Source: Bugula neritina (taxonomy: Eukaryota > Animalia > Bryozoa). From it: 64,000 bases of DNA. A program made the position numbers and the translations under genes. The stretch is taken from the NCBI GenBank assembly GCA_964035545.1, contig OZ037768.1, forward strand, positions 2,760,741 to 2,824,740. Direction: 5' to 3'. Positions 1 to 13,200 of this stretch are shown here, piece after piece. Below the pieces are notes generated by a model. It saw only the letters and a program-made list of their open reading frames with translations, was not told the origin of the DNA and did no database searches. Every line of letters starts with the position of its first letter. The stretch's first letter is position 1.

Positions 1-447
1 CGAGTAATTTAGTAAAACAGAAGAGTTTTAAATCAGCCTTTTCATTACAAACATTGAAGCATCAAGTTAATGCCACACAGTTCAACAGCTCTGGTCACGC
101 TATAAGCTTTTATTCAAGCATCAGTTAAATATTGATTTATGCAGAGTAAACGCCCCTTACAGCTGCAGATGTGAAAGATTCTAACATGACATGAGAACAG
201 TCTCAATATCTTTAAATATATAAGTCAGTTTTAATTCTTACATTTGCTAGATTTGAATTTAATAATTATTGTTTTTAGTACAATTTTACAAAGCAATTTT
301 TAAGCACTAATTTTTACATTTTTGTCAATTCTTTCAACTATTTAGAATTTTTATTTCACTGTTACTGTGACTTTGTGACAGCTTTGTGACGCTAAAAACT
401 AAAAAAATCAAGCATATACATGTAGTAAATCTAGAGAAAGTAAAGAT

Positions 448-691
448 CATAGACTATAGAGTATAGACTATAATGTATAGAGCATAGACTATTAGGTATA
501 GAGTATAGACTATAGACTATAGCGTATAGACTATAAAGTATAAAGTATAAACTATAGAGTATAGAGTATAGATTATAGACTATAGAGTATAGACTACAGA
601 GTATAGACTATAGAGTAGAGACTGTAGAGTATAGACTATAGAGTATAGACTATAGAGTATAGACTATAGAGTATAGACTATAGAGTATAGA
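448..691. repeat. 14-bp minisatellite (AGACTATAGAGTAT)n, intronic
   Basis: Direct tandem repeats of agactatagagtat with some degenerate units, just inside the intron after the loop-C exon of the alpha-nAChR gene. Confidence 0.9.
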
Positions 692-710
692 TAAGAAAGG
701 CAGTACTCAC

Positions 711-3483
711 TGACTGATATGTTTCAAGGCAGCACGAGTAGACCTGTGAGGTGCTGGTGATCAGAGAAGAGTTTATCGTCCAGTCTTTATGGTGAAAGTC
801 AAAGGAAGTATCTACTAATCCAAAGTTTCGTCCCACAATATTAAGCTGTAATAAAAGATAAACGTGCTAGGATGTACCTTTTCTGATAGAACTGCTATAT
901 AATATGTACATAGAAGACTCAAAAGGAAATTAAGTAAGTCAGGGGTTATCATTAGCAAACATCAGAACATAATTTCATAGTGCTTAGAGCACCAGACCAA
1001 CAACCTAGCCTCAGCAAATAGACAATATGATAGGATAGATGATAATTGCTATACTAGGATAATGCTTACAGAGATACCCAGCCTTACATCTTAAAAAGAC
1101 ATAGAAATATTCTAAAAAGACAACTCAATTTTTTACATGTAGATTAGCAACATTTCACAACACTTGATGGCACAGTACAATACTTGGCAGTACATTGTGC
1201 AGTACATTATACTACAGTACACCATCTGGAAGTAAATTTTACATTGCATTACTTGGCAATACTTCACACTACTTGGCAGTACATTATGCTACAATACATT
1301 ACATTACACTAAATTACTATACAGGACACTGCATTGCAACACAGCATATTACAGTCACTACAATGAAATTATACGCTGCAGTATTACACATTGCTCAATA
1401 AATCACATCACAATATATACTACACATTATACTATTTCTACTGTATTATTTAACTCTTAGCAAATATATTAACATAAGACTATTGAGGTGCGCTGAAATG
1501 CATACCTCTTGTTGGTGGTGCACCCAGGATCCAACTTTCAAGTGACAGATTTGTATATCATATGGAAAGTATTCCAGATCTACATCACAACGAAACCGAG
1601 CTCTCTTGGTTGGAACGTACACTACAGTTCCATCTGACGATATGACTACTTTTCTTCCTGTCTCATCTTCAACTAATCCCAATTCAGAGCTGCAATTTTA
1701 CCCGCAAATATCTTTTTTTAGTAACACATTTTCCTGCTTGCTTTTATGTCAAATGTTCTGACGAAGCTTCTGGTGTAAAAATACTTTTAGTCTTAAATTT
1801 CATAATTAAGTATTTAGCCCAAGCTACTTGTTCAATCAGGAAAAAGTCACCTTTGTTATACAAATATAATGGTATATCTGCAATACGGTTTGTTAAATGC
1901 ACTAAAAGTATAAATAATATACTATATTGAAGCAAGATGCTATGCTATCCTTTCAAATTCATAGTCCTGCAATGTGATTGATCAATCCAGTATACTGTTG
2001 ACGACAGGGACAAACCCAGTAACTGCTATATAATCTAACTGCAGCACAAAAGTCTTTTCTAGCTGGTGCTGTACATGCAGCTCAATATGAATAACTCAAA
2101 TTATGGATTCCTTGCAAACTATATTAAACTCATTAGAACTAATGATAATTAATACACCAGCCGATGTATATTGCAATACCCAATGCATATTCTTCAAAAT
2201 AAAAACAATCAAAGCATAGTTAACCAGCTTTTTATAGCTAAAAGTTTACTAGGTACCTCGGTGTGTACACAGAAATAGCTGGCAGCCAGACATATGATGG
2301 TGGAATGGCAATCTTGTCCACTCCATCATAGTCCTCTGGCTTCCAGGATAACCGGTTATCAGTCCACACCTGAGTAAAATAAATCACCATGGTTTTCAAA
2401 TGACAAAATGATTTTCTTCCAAGGTTTTATTCATCAATGGCACTAGATTGACTTTTTTGACTGCAAAAGAATCAATAGCTTGAAAACTTTGTGGTTTGAT
2501 TTGATAACATTTCGCTAGAATTTCCCAACGGTTTTTCAAAGAATTTAGCATAAAGTAATGATTCAACATTGTTGTCATAAAATTGCAACAGAAATCTATG
2601 AAACATCAAACATAATTTTTATCAGAAAATAACGCAATATAAGTGATCTAACAGAATCAAAGCATAACATCTGTAGCATAGATGTACCATAGACTCCCAC
2701 ATTGACACTGAGATATATCCATTGCTATCGTCTACTTCATGTACAATGATCTGGTTGTAGGAGAGAGAGACGTTGGTGGCTTTGTTAGATCCATCCGCTG
2801 CCGGTGGTCTCACCAATACCAGTGACTTGGCAGCAACTGTATCATTGAGAAACTTCTCCTGAATAAGCCTCTCTTCTTCCTCTACCCTCCACCCTGTTGC
2901 CTAGTACAATCACATGTATGTGTAGAGTATCAGTAGCACCTGAGGTACCAAGGCTATACTAATAGTAATGACAGGGTCTGCCTTACAATTATACAATAAA
3001 GAGCAGACTTGCAGTTTTAGGGGTGCAAATTCTATTATTATTCTTAGCATGAAAGCTTTTCGTTCATGAAATAAAGCAAAAATTATAAACTTATGCCAAG
3101 TGAAATTTCACATGTTGTACCTAACAGCTGTAATTTATTCCAGCATTATTTTTAATATGTTTAGATAAAGACTGATAATATAATTTCACTCACTTCAATT
3201 TGGTTATATTTAATATTTTGTCACAACATAAATCATTCTCTAGGGTTGTAAACAATTAGTTGGCACAAACTTCACTAAACCAGAATTCCTTTTCAAGCAT
3301 CAAAAGCTCGGCATTTTATTGAAATAACACAGCTACGCTATAAACAAAATTCCTGTCTTCTTACGCAGTCTTAACCGACCATAACAGGATCAATGCAACA
3401 ATTCTTCTCATCTAGCTCACCTGTGAAACAAGGAAGATGCTGGAAAGAAGAGCTGAAACTTTTAGTAGCTGATAGTATTTCAT
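711..3483 (-). CDS. Nicotinic acetylcholine receptor alpha-type subunit (Cys-loop ligand-gated ion channel), 5' part only; continues beyond the left edge
   Basis: Phase-compatible GT-AG exons 3483-3421 (signal peptide MKYYQLLKVSALLSSIFLVSQ), 2900-2688 (..EERLIQEKF..VRPP..VSMWESM), 2369-2257 (VWTDNRLSWKPEDYDGV..VWLPAISVYT), 1689-1506 (Cys-loop CDVDLEYFPYDIQIC, loop B GSWVH) and 845-711 (loop C YSCCLETY with vicinal cysteines, diagnostic of alpha subunits). Transmembrane exons are not in the window. Confidence 0.9.
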
Positions 3484-4463
3484 CCTTTCAAAGTAGATTG
3501 AAACTCAGTACTGCATTCAAGGTAATAGTATTCACAACATCTGACCTGGATATTGATTATGAAACAGTACTCAAGTTGCATACAAGATTTCGCGAGATTA
3601 ATAGCTTGGATTTCTCTCTTATTTATATTGATAATTGAAGTAAAGAGTTAAGCATACAAAGCAAACAATACGAATGAGAACAAGTTATTATGACTTTCAA
3701 TGCTTATAGAATTTGCTGGTAGGCTATTATATATGACTACGAGAAATAGTAACTCAGCACAGGCATATACTGTACTTACATGAAGCTGTTTAAGACACAA
3801 TCATTACAACTGAATACCCAACTGAGCCCAACCTCTACCTAGCTGTATAGTTGTAGTGTGAAACAGGTATTAAATCTGATAAAATCTACTAAGAATGTGA
3901 AATAGGCAATATTCTTCACTTGAGTAGATACTCTAGCCTATCATATCCCACCAATCACTATAACGTACTACAGTTTAAATTGAGCTTTGCTGGTAATAAT
4001 CCAGTGGGGGTTGACTGCTTCTATGGCACTAATTATTATAAATGTATTTTGAAACTTTAATGCTATAAAATCGATGTTATGTTTTCATTCTGTCACATTT
4101 CATGACCTGCTGTTTAATAAAATAGAATTAAGTAGGAGCAACTTTGCATCTGTATGCAACCTACATACTCAGTTTTAAGCCAATAAGTCTGCACTAAAGA
4201 GCTGTAGTTTGTGTGTGGGGTGAAACTACAATTCAGAGCAAAAGTAAATAGTATATGTTTAAATATTAGTGGGTTTCTGCAATATACATAATATTTCCAT
4301 ACAAATTAATATAACAGCATGTGAAGAAATATATGTAGCAGTAATTTAATCATATTAGTAACAGTAATAATTATAGTATTAGTACTAGTTATAATGATAG
4401 TAATAATATAAAAATGTGATGAAAAGTTGTTATAACTGCAGGGCATTTGTCAGTATTGGCACA

Positions 4464-4806
4464 ACAAGGTAGGGCTAACCTGCAGACAAGGTAGGGCTAA
4501 CCTGCAGACAAGGTAGGGCTAACCTGCAGACAAGGTAGGGCTAACCTGCAGACAAGGTAGGGCTAACCTGCAGACAAGGTAGGGCTAACCTGCAGACAAG
4601 GTAGGGCTAACCTGCAGACAAGGTAGGGCTAACCTGCAGACAAGGTAGGGCTAACCTGCAGACAAGGTAGGGCTAACCTGCAGACAAGGTAGGGTTAACC
4701 TGCATACAAGGTAGGGTTAACCTGCATACAAGGTAGGGTTAACCTGCATACAAGGTAGGGTTAACCTGCAGACAAGGTAGGGCTAATCAGCAGACAAGGT
4801 AGGGTT
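4464..4806. repeat. 22-bp minisatellite (ACAAGGTAGGGCTAACCTGCAG) x ~15.5
   Basis: Near-identical tandem units with no unique spacers; variants cluster at the right end. Confidence 0.95.
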
Positions 4807-6692
4807 ATTGCTTACTGCTGGAATTTTCTTACTGTTTGAAGTTTGTGAAATGATATGGGAATAAAGGGGCCTTGTTAACATATTGCTATTATATGTATTT
4901 TATAGAGTTTGCAGTAAAGAGAAGAGGAGAAGTCCTTTGCAACCAGCTAACTTTTCACAGTAAACAAAACACATTCTACTTTTTGGATGTTTATAAACTG
5001 CAAAATGTCTTTTAAACATTATTGGATCTCAAAAACTATCATAAAAATAGCCACATTAGTGTGAACAAACCTAAGACTATAGTATCTTACAAAGATGCCT
5101 GCATAAACACTGATAGGAGGTAAAACATGTGATATATACCTACGAGTCCAGGATGTCTCTGCTTTAAATTCAAAGAATGTTTTTGAAGTTCCCTATAGCC
5201 ACTTTCTCACCGGCTGCCTCAGTAACTCACAACCTGTAGTGCTGTCCCGTATGGCTAGCTGATTGATGAAAGCTGATTTATATAATGACTGCTTTGCTAT
5301 ACAACAGTTCAATGAACTGACACAAACGTGATACTGCACTAGCATGTGGGTTACTGCATGCAGCATATAGTATATTCAATATGACAACATGGGCATCAGA
5401 TGTCACTGATAGTTCGCAGTCTACTGTAGAGATTGAAGCTATTGTTACATCTCAAGCATAACATGATTGTATAGTAATAACACAGAGGTAGTCAGCACAT
5501 ATAATGTAATTATATTTTATGAGTTAGACACAACTCAGAAAGTACTAGTGTTATTATAATGAAACAATTGTAAAATATGCTATAGTGAATAAAGTTTGCA
5601 TAGAATAAACTTTGGCAACAGCTTACAAATGTTCAAGGGAAGAGTTGTATTGCTATAAATAGGTTTGTTGAAAATTAAGTTATTAGCCTTAGAAAATATG
5701 AACAAAACACGAGTTGAAAAGTTTGCAATCTTCTTTGAACTGGTTGTACTTATGAAGTACTATAGCTCACAGGTGTTCAGACTTTAGAGTAACTTACTCC
5801 CTAATTTATTATGTTACTCAAGTCAGTGGGGTTATTTGATGGTGCACCAGAGTACTAGTGAGTGCTTTGGCAGTTGAAAAACTCACAATTTGAGAGAAAT
5901 GTAAAATATAAAATATGTGAGTTTATTAAGATATATTATCTACATATTTTACATTAAAGGCAGGCGAGGTTTGTATTTATTTGCTTTGCATTTCGAGTTG
6001 TCTTTTTTTAAATTAGGACAAGACAACTCCAAACACTCCAATAAAAAGTAAAGGTCCGAGTTAATTGAAATTTACATTTCTGCACCCGCTAAGGCCTAAG
6101 CCACCTGAATCAGCCAACTATTAGAATGAAACCAATGATTTGATGACCTTGAGGATGTGCATGTAAAATGTGAAAGCAAAAGTCTATTTCTAATATCAAT
6201 ACTAAGTTTAAAGCCCAACACACTTCTGAGCACTTCGATTACAGATGCACACCTGCTAAGATGCCTCTTTATTTTACAAGAATCATTCAATCGTCAGACA
6301 AAGTTAATAGGAGAACACATAGCGATTTAGATTTAAAGCAATAGCTCACAAATTTCTCACCCAGCATCAGGTTCATCAAACCAAAATTTTCCAATATATT
6401 TATTGTGTTAATGTAACTTCATAATATTTAGCCTGTAAAGTACAGAGATTATTTAAAAAGACAGGATACTATAGCAAAAGTAATCATGCCAGAATCATTA
6501 ACAAATTTTCAACGATATAAAAATAAATCTTTATAAGAAAAAACAACAATACTACATGTGAATTTTAAATATCAATACACAGAAAGCAATATAAAAAACA
6601 ATAGAAGCACAGTGATTAATATCACTATATACAATTTTCACCGAAATAGAAGGTCTTACGTATTATAAATACTAGATACAGGTAAGAACAAG

Positions 6693-8150
6693 TTATTCCA
6701 GCAAGAAGATATCTAATGCTAGATATACCAAGTTTCCCAAATCATCATCATATTGATAAGGCGAATTTTTCACAACAACATCTTCAAAATTCACATCTTC
6801 AAGTTTTATGTCTGACTTCATACGACTATTAGCGAAATCAAATGATGTCAGTGGGCGTCTAAGAATAGAGCCTGCCCTTTTCTCGTGAATGTAAATGACA
6901 CCCGACTTAAAAGGAACTGTTCCACAAAAATTCTGACTGATTTCCAAGCTAAGAACGCTGAGTCGCTGCTTTTCCGTGTTAGAAACAAGCATCTGCCGAT
7001 GGACAAACATCTTTCGCATCAACGTGACGCAGAAACCAAATTCTCTCCCACCACTGTCAGCTTGCGACATACTGTTTTTGACTTTAAAATATGAATCCAT
7101 TTTTGACCAGGAGTTTAAGCCATCAGTGTTCAACAACCGGTATTTCATGCACAAGGCACCATCTAAATACAGGCGGTAGTTAGGTAAAGCCATAACACTC
7201 GATCGCTTAGCCTTCACAACTACATGGTATTTGTAGGCATCGCAGAGCAATGCCTTTATAATCGAGGTTGACAACTTAAAATTGGTTGAAGTTTTGTCAC
7301 TGAAAAGTCTTTTTGGACAATTTTCAACATAACTCATTTCTTGTACATGCATATATGGAAGGCGTAGAACTTCACTGAATTTCTGCAGAAGTTCAATTCG
7401 TTCATTTTCATTGTACTTCATTAAAAGCCACGATTCAAAGAGTTTAAACAAAGAAAACTCAGTGCGACAAACTATTTCATTTGATGATAAAAATTCTACC
7501 ATATCATCTTCGTCGAGAGAAGCGATAATGTTTTCATTAGTCATAATCAGCTCGATATTACTAAAGAGAAGAGATTTTAGGACATTGACACAGTCCTGTC
7601 GTTTGCAGAGTATCTTGTTAATCATTTTCCAGCCATTTAGAGCTGATAGTAGATCACCAGTCAATTTCACATCAAGATTGAAAACATCCAAACATTCATT
7701 CAAAAGGGAGTCCAACGCATACTTGTCGCCATAGTAGACGAGTGCTTCAACGTTCTGCAAACAGATGCGGAGAGGCAAGCCGTACAAATACTTCAAGAAA
7801 TCCTGAAATGCGTCAACGTATGTCTCAACCTCAGTAAGGACAATTTCATTAGCAGTTGATTCTTGCCAATTAACTCCATAGAGCATAGCTCTGAACACAG
7901 GACTTTGGGCAAGAACTATCCTATGAGCAGGATATTTATGTTTTCCCACTGCTAATAATAAGTCATGAGTTTCAAAGTCCCCATAAGTGCTTGAAATATG
8001 CCTAACTATATTACTTGCATGATTTGTGCAGTTTTTCCCTCCACTCCCAGTAGAATTACCATTAAGTGCCGATTCGCCAACAATGTGCCTATTTGACGAA
8101 TCTAAGCTATCTCTTCTGGACATAGAACTAGAAGGCCCTATACCTGCCAT
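6693..8150 (-). CDS. Intronless BTB/POZ-BACK domain protein (BTBD17-like putative Cullin-3 substrate adaptor), 485 aa
   Basis: Single 1458-nt ORF. BTB motifs DLLLAVG..YPAHRIVLAQSPVFRAML..WQES..EIVL and FQDFLKYLY..DKYALDSL; BACK-like SLDEDDMVEFLSSNEIVCRTEFSLFKLFESWL..LRLPYM. Confidence 0.85.
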   Translation of the reverse strand: MAGIGPSSSMSRRDSLDSSNRHIVGESALNGNSTGSGGKNCTNHASNIVRHISSTYGDFETHDLLLAVGKHKYPAHRIVLAQSPVFRAMLYGVNWQESTANEIVLTEVETYVDAFQDFLKYLYGLPLRICLQNVEALVYYGDKYALDSLLNECLDVFNLDVKLTGDLLSALNGWKMINKILCKRQDCVNVLKSLLFSNIELIMTNENIIASLDEDDMVEFLSSNEIVCRTEFSLFKLFESWLLMKYNENERIELLQKFSEVLRLPYMHVQEMSYVENCPKRLFSDKTSTNFKLSTSIIKALLCDAYKYHVVVKAKRSSVMALPNYRLYLDGALCMKYRLLNTDGLNSWSKMDSYFKVKNSMSQADSGGREFGFCVTLMRKMFVHRQMLVSNTEKQRLSVLSLEISQNFCGTVPFKSGVIYIHEKRAGSILRRPLTSFDFANSRMKSDIKLEDVNFEDVVVKNSPYQYDDDLGNLVYLALDIFLLE

Positions 8151-8595
8151 ATTTGTTTACAGCCTGGGTTCTAACAACATTTCTACAAGGAGCATTATGT
8201 AACGAAATACATGAACTTCAATATATTATTAAAATGAAAACAATTTTATAGGAACCTAAGCTACAACTTATACTATTAGCAGCTTACTTGATCATGGTGA
8301 TAAATAAACACGACTATTGTTGAAGATATCACTGGATGTTTTACGTCCTTGACCTAAATTGCTTGTTGCCATTCGCTCAGTAATATTTATCTAGAAATTT
8401 GCATAAAATAATTAAAATAAATACCAATAAGCTATTACTATACACATTGATATGCCTTGTAACTTGTAAGTGTTTTCACACAAAATAAAACGCTTTATAT
8501 TGACTTCGATAGCAACTAAAAGTGAGCTCGAGCCTTACAAAAAGCTAAACTGAAACTCAAATTTAATTAAAATTTCAACGGCTCAAATTAACCTC

Positions 8596-8616
8596 TAGTA
8601 GTAGTACTAGTAGTAC

Positions 8617-8698
<82 letters not shown>
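8596..8698. repeat. (TAG)n microsatellite
   Basis: About 34 nearly perfect TAG units. Confidence 0.95.
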
Positions 8699-10253
8699 TC
8701 AAGTTGAAGTTCAAGTTCAAACTTCAAGTTTAAATTTAATTTTATTCGAATTTGAATTCAAATAAGTTTATTTAAATTTTAATAATTTTAGTTTAATTTT
8801 TCAGTTAATTAATATGAATTGCAATAAATGGATTATAATTATTCTCAATTATTATTATATTTATTGTTATGCAAAAAGTTTTAGTGAAAAAGAATAATTA
8901 TCATTGATAATATAATACTACTCATTACTAGTACTAGTAGTAGTACAGTAGTAGTAATACTAATAGTAATATTAATAGTATTAGTTAATAATACTAATAC
9001 TTATACTAACACTAATAGTAATAGTAATACTATAGTAATAGTATAAATAAAACTAGAAGAGCTAGACCTAGTAATAGTATTACATTTACTATTATTTACA
9101 ATTGATATTACTTATAGTTATCGGTATAAGTATGGGTTTTATAATTCAAATTGTATGCATTTATCGTGATCATTATCATGATCATCTAGATATTAGTTAC
9201 ACGTACTGTTAGACAATAGTTATGGTCAGATCAGATGGAATATTTGATAACAGATAACATTCTACTAGTATTTGTACAGTTTTAATTAATGAAATTACAA
9301 TATTTAATTTACAAGGTTATTAGTTTGCAAATAGAAAAAATTCAATCTTATAGCAATTATAATCAGTTCTGTTAAAATTGTCCACTTTGCATATTGTTTT
9401 GTGGTTGTTTTTTTGTGTTATAACAAGTAGTAGTAGTAGTAATATTTAGATTGGTGTACTTCCATTTATACAAAATCCTTTTTACTCTTTTTTATATTTA
9501 TAGCATATTTGTCACTGCAATAACACTTAATTTGTTTGTATTTCAACATTCAATTAACTATACTGTTATATTATGCCTTTTATATTAATATTATTAAAAA
9601 GCTTTAAATGTATTGAGTTTTCAAACATACTGCTTTGTTCAATTTGAAAACAAAATCACCAGAATGTTTGAAATTGTAGCATTTAACTTAACGTGACGCC
9701 TTCATTATACACTTTGCCTTCTTGCCAGATAAATTCAGTAAAGTATAATTAGTAAGCAACTAACTTTTCTCACTCATAAACCATAAAAACATGTTAGTTA
9801 TCACATAAATCATACTTGAAGGTTTATCGTGAAGTAAAATACGGGTATTAGTGATTTTCACAAAATTCACCGCTAATTTGTTATTGGTTGAATGTTGAGA
9901 CAAGACTTTTTTCCTTCAGGGTTGTGAGAGTGCTATCAAGCAGTCTTACAATAACTAACGTGACCACAGACTGGTGTTGGTAGTGCACCTAATTTATATT
10001 GTCTTACTGAGTGAATTAAAGGCTTCAATATCATACAAAAACTATAAGATGTCAATGTTAACCCAACTTATTGTTGGAACTTGATAATGTTTGATATGCT
10101 ACAGCTAACAGTATATTTTTAAATCAATTTATTTTTCATGATTCTTTAAGTTTTTGTTGTTTGTTAGTTTGTGTTTATTAGTTTGTAATTGCTTGTGATT
10201 TTGTACAATGTTATATTTGCATTTCAGACTTACTTTAATAGGAAAGTTAGGTG

Positions 10254-13200
10254 ATGGCTAGTGACAGATATATGTACAACCACTTTCTACTGCTACTACT
10301 ACTGAACACTGCAGGTATGAATTTAGGTTAGATATTTTTGTGGTTTGCTTTCTACGTTAATCCCAATGCCAGTCAGATGGGTGATTCAATCGTTAAATAA
10401 TTAATGTATCTGTCAAAAATCATGATATATTGTTATTTCCATGTGTACAACCAGACTGGCTGTTGAAACAACTAAGATTAATGGGCTGAACATATTACTT
10501 GTAGTTATTGTTTGTGTTAATGCTTCTAAGCATAATAGTATGTACTTATATGGCTTGGTGTTATACTTGGATGGTATCTTTATAAACTGTACTTGAATGA
10601 AGGTGATACAGTTTTCTGGGTACCTGTGCATAATAGGTGTTGAGAAGTGGCCTACCCTACCCTTACACTCTTGTTTCAGTTAATTAGTTTCTGCTTTGAT
10701 TATTTTACTCCATGTTACTAAATCTGACGCTATTTTGAAAGTGGATCAAATAAAGATTGGGGAAGGGGGGCTTAGGATGGGGGGGGGGTTGTGTAAAATT
10801 ACTTTCTCATGCCATCAGCAAACCTAACACATAATGTAAGTTTAAGTCTAACCTTAATGTACCTATACGTAATTCAAGTAACTTCTATAGCTCTCTGCAC
10901 ATCTACTCTTTCCTGATATGACATTATAATATACAAGTCGCACAGTGTTGTTGGGAAATGACTTCTGAGGCTAAATTAGACCTTGGTTAGTCTGAGATTG
11001 CGGTATAACCTGTCAAGGTGTCATGTTCATGTCACCAATCACGCCTTCCGGCTACATTGTACAACTGATATGCTGCACTTCCAGGTAGTATAGAATACGG
11101 AGAGCTGGTTTCCTCTCTACACGCCCAGCTATTTAAGAACTACAATGCCTTGTACAGACCACAGCAATTAACTGATGTGAACATTACCATGTCTTTAGCC
11201 TCCGTTGTGGACGTGGTGAGTAGTCCATAACATGTTCATGCCTTCATTGGAAAATAATACATACACTGTGGCAAGCTTCTTACCAGTGAAACTGTGGTCA
11301 CAAATAACAGATTGTGAAGTGTAAAATGGTCTTAAATTGTTATTATTTCATACAGCCACTTTCCAATTTATGTACACTTGCATGTTATATTACAGCCATT
11401 GCACTGTTATGTTTGGCACATGATATCTGTAGAAGATGTATTCTTTACCTTTAATCCAGTTCTTTTTTTTAGTTGACTGGCTCCTTTTACTACAGTAAGT
11501 TTGGTTGTGATTGTGAACAGCAAGTGCCTTGAAACTGCTGGTTTTTGCTTCTAGCTCATAGTTACTTTGCCACTTTCACCTTACTATTTCCTGTTGGTGT
11601 TGTTTGCACGCACATAATAATTTTTCTTTTTCTCTTTGCTTTTCTGAGTTTTCAACTGCAAGCATTGATCTGTTTTGTAGATATTTACATTTAGTTGTTT
11701 GAGTTTGCTCAGTGAGCATGGTTCCTGTATTGTATATGCTACTTTCATTTATTGCCGACATTTGTGTAGGCTCCCATGTATTTCTCTGCTACATTCTAAA
11801 TGTTAGCATGGCTTCACCTGAACACTATTTTTTTATTTAGAATGAAAAAGAAGGCCACATTACTACTACATTCGTACCTAAAATGGTAAGCCTAATAATT
11901 ATCAACATAACAAACACATGATGTATGCGTAGGATGTGTGAAACCACCTTATAAATCAATGGGGCTTCCTTTCCAAATATAACATTTATTTTTAACTTAA
12001 CACAATAAGCAAGCAAGAATTTGTCTTTTTCTCACTATTTTTCAAAGTCAGAATTGAAAAGCTGTTTAAAGACGATCTTTAAAATATAAAATGCTTATAG
12101 AGCTGGGTAGACCCTAGACTACGGTGGGACGATTCCAACAACTCAGAATTTAAAAAGATTGATCACCTGCAGGTTCGGAGGTCAGATGTTTGGGTACCTG
12201 ACCTGGAGGTGTTGAACAGGTGAGTGGTCAGTGTGTTGAACAGGTGGGTGGTCAGTGTGTTGAACAGGTAGGTGGTCAGTGTGTTGAACAGGTGGGTGGT
12301 CAGTGTGTTGAACAGGTGGGTGGTCAGTTGTGTTGAACAGGTGGGTGGTCAGTGTGTCGAACAGGTGGGTGGTCAGTGTGTCGAACAGGTGGGTGGTCAG
12401 TGAGTTGAACAGGTGGGTGGTCAGTGTGTTGAACAGGTGGGTGGTCAGTGTGTTGAACAGGTGAGCGGTCAGTGTGTTGAACAGGTGGGCGGTCAGTGTG
12501 TTGAACAGGTGGGTGGTCAGTGTGTTGAACAGGTGGGTGGTCAGTGTGTTGAACAGGTGGGTGGTCATCAATTGTGTTGAGTCATCTGTATCTAGAACTA
12601 ATGCTGATACCTGTATAATTTGTTTACTCAACTGTACCATATGTTATGCTACCTTACAGATTCCAAGACGTAGCTCATGACTTATCTCTGCTGCCTTTAG
12701 TCTGGGTTCACGGAGATGGCACTGTATACTATGTCCCTCGCCAGACCTACCAGACACCTTGCCGCTTCAACATGCATAAATTTCCATACGACAGCCAGCA
12801 CTGTCAGATTATACTGGGGTCGTGGGCTTATCTCCCTAGTGAGGTAGGCATTACCAACTGCCTTCACCTACTTGTACTTATAGAAACAACTACTATGTTG
12901 TATGGTAGGGGTGCGGGAGTACCCCTCCCCCCCAAGATTGTTTAGGGAACTTTAAGAGATACTTTGTCTATTTAAAATATTGCTATGTTCAATATTAGTA
13001 GTTTGTCAGTTTATGAAATCATGTTATGTAATGTAAAACATAGACATAGTAGAAGGGTGCCTGTAGTATAGGAGAAATGAATGAAGAGCACAGGCTAAAT
13101 TAGTTGGGGAGTTACTATTCTATGGGAACCACACACTATAAAATATGGGCATGTTTTAGTTCTGGTATACTAATCATAAATTCACAGAGAAAAGTTGATC

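Noticed and set aside
12182-12640. 152-aa repetitive ORF (LTTHLFNT / TDHPPVQH)n on the minus strand
   Set aside because: Antisense translation of the 24-bp intronic minisatellite
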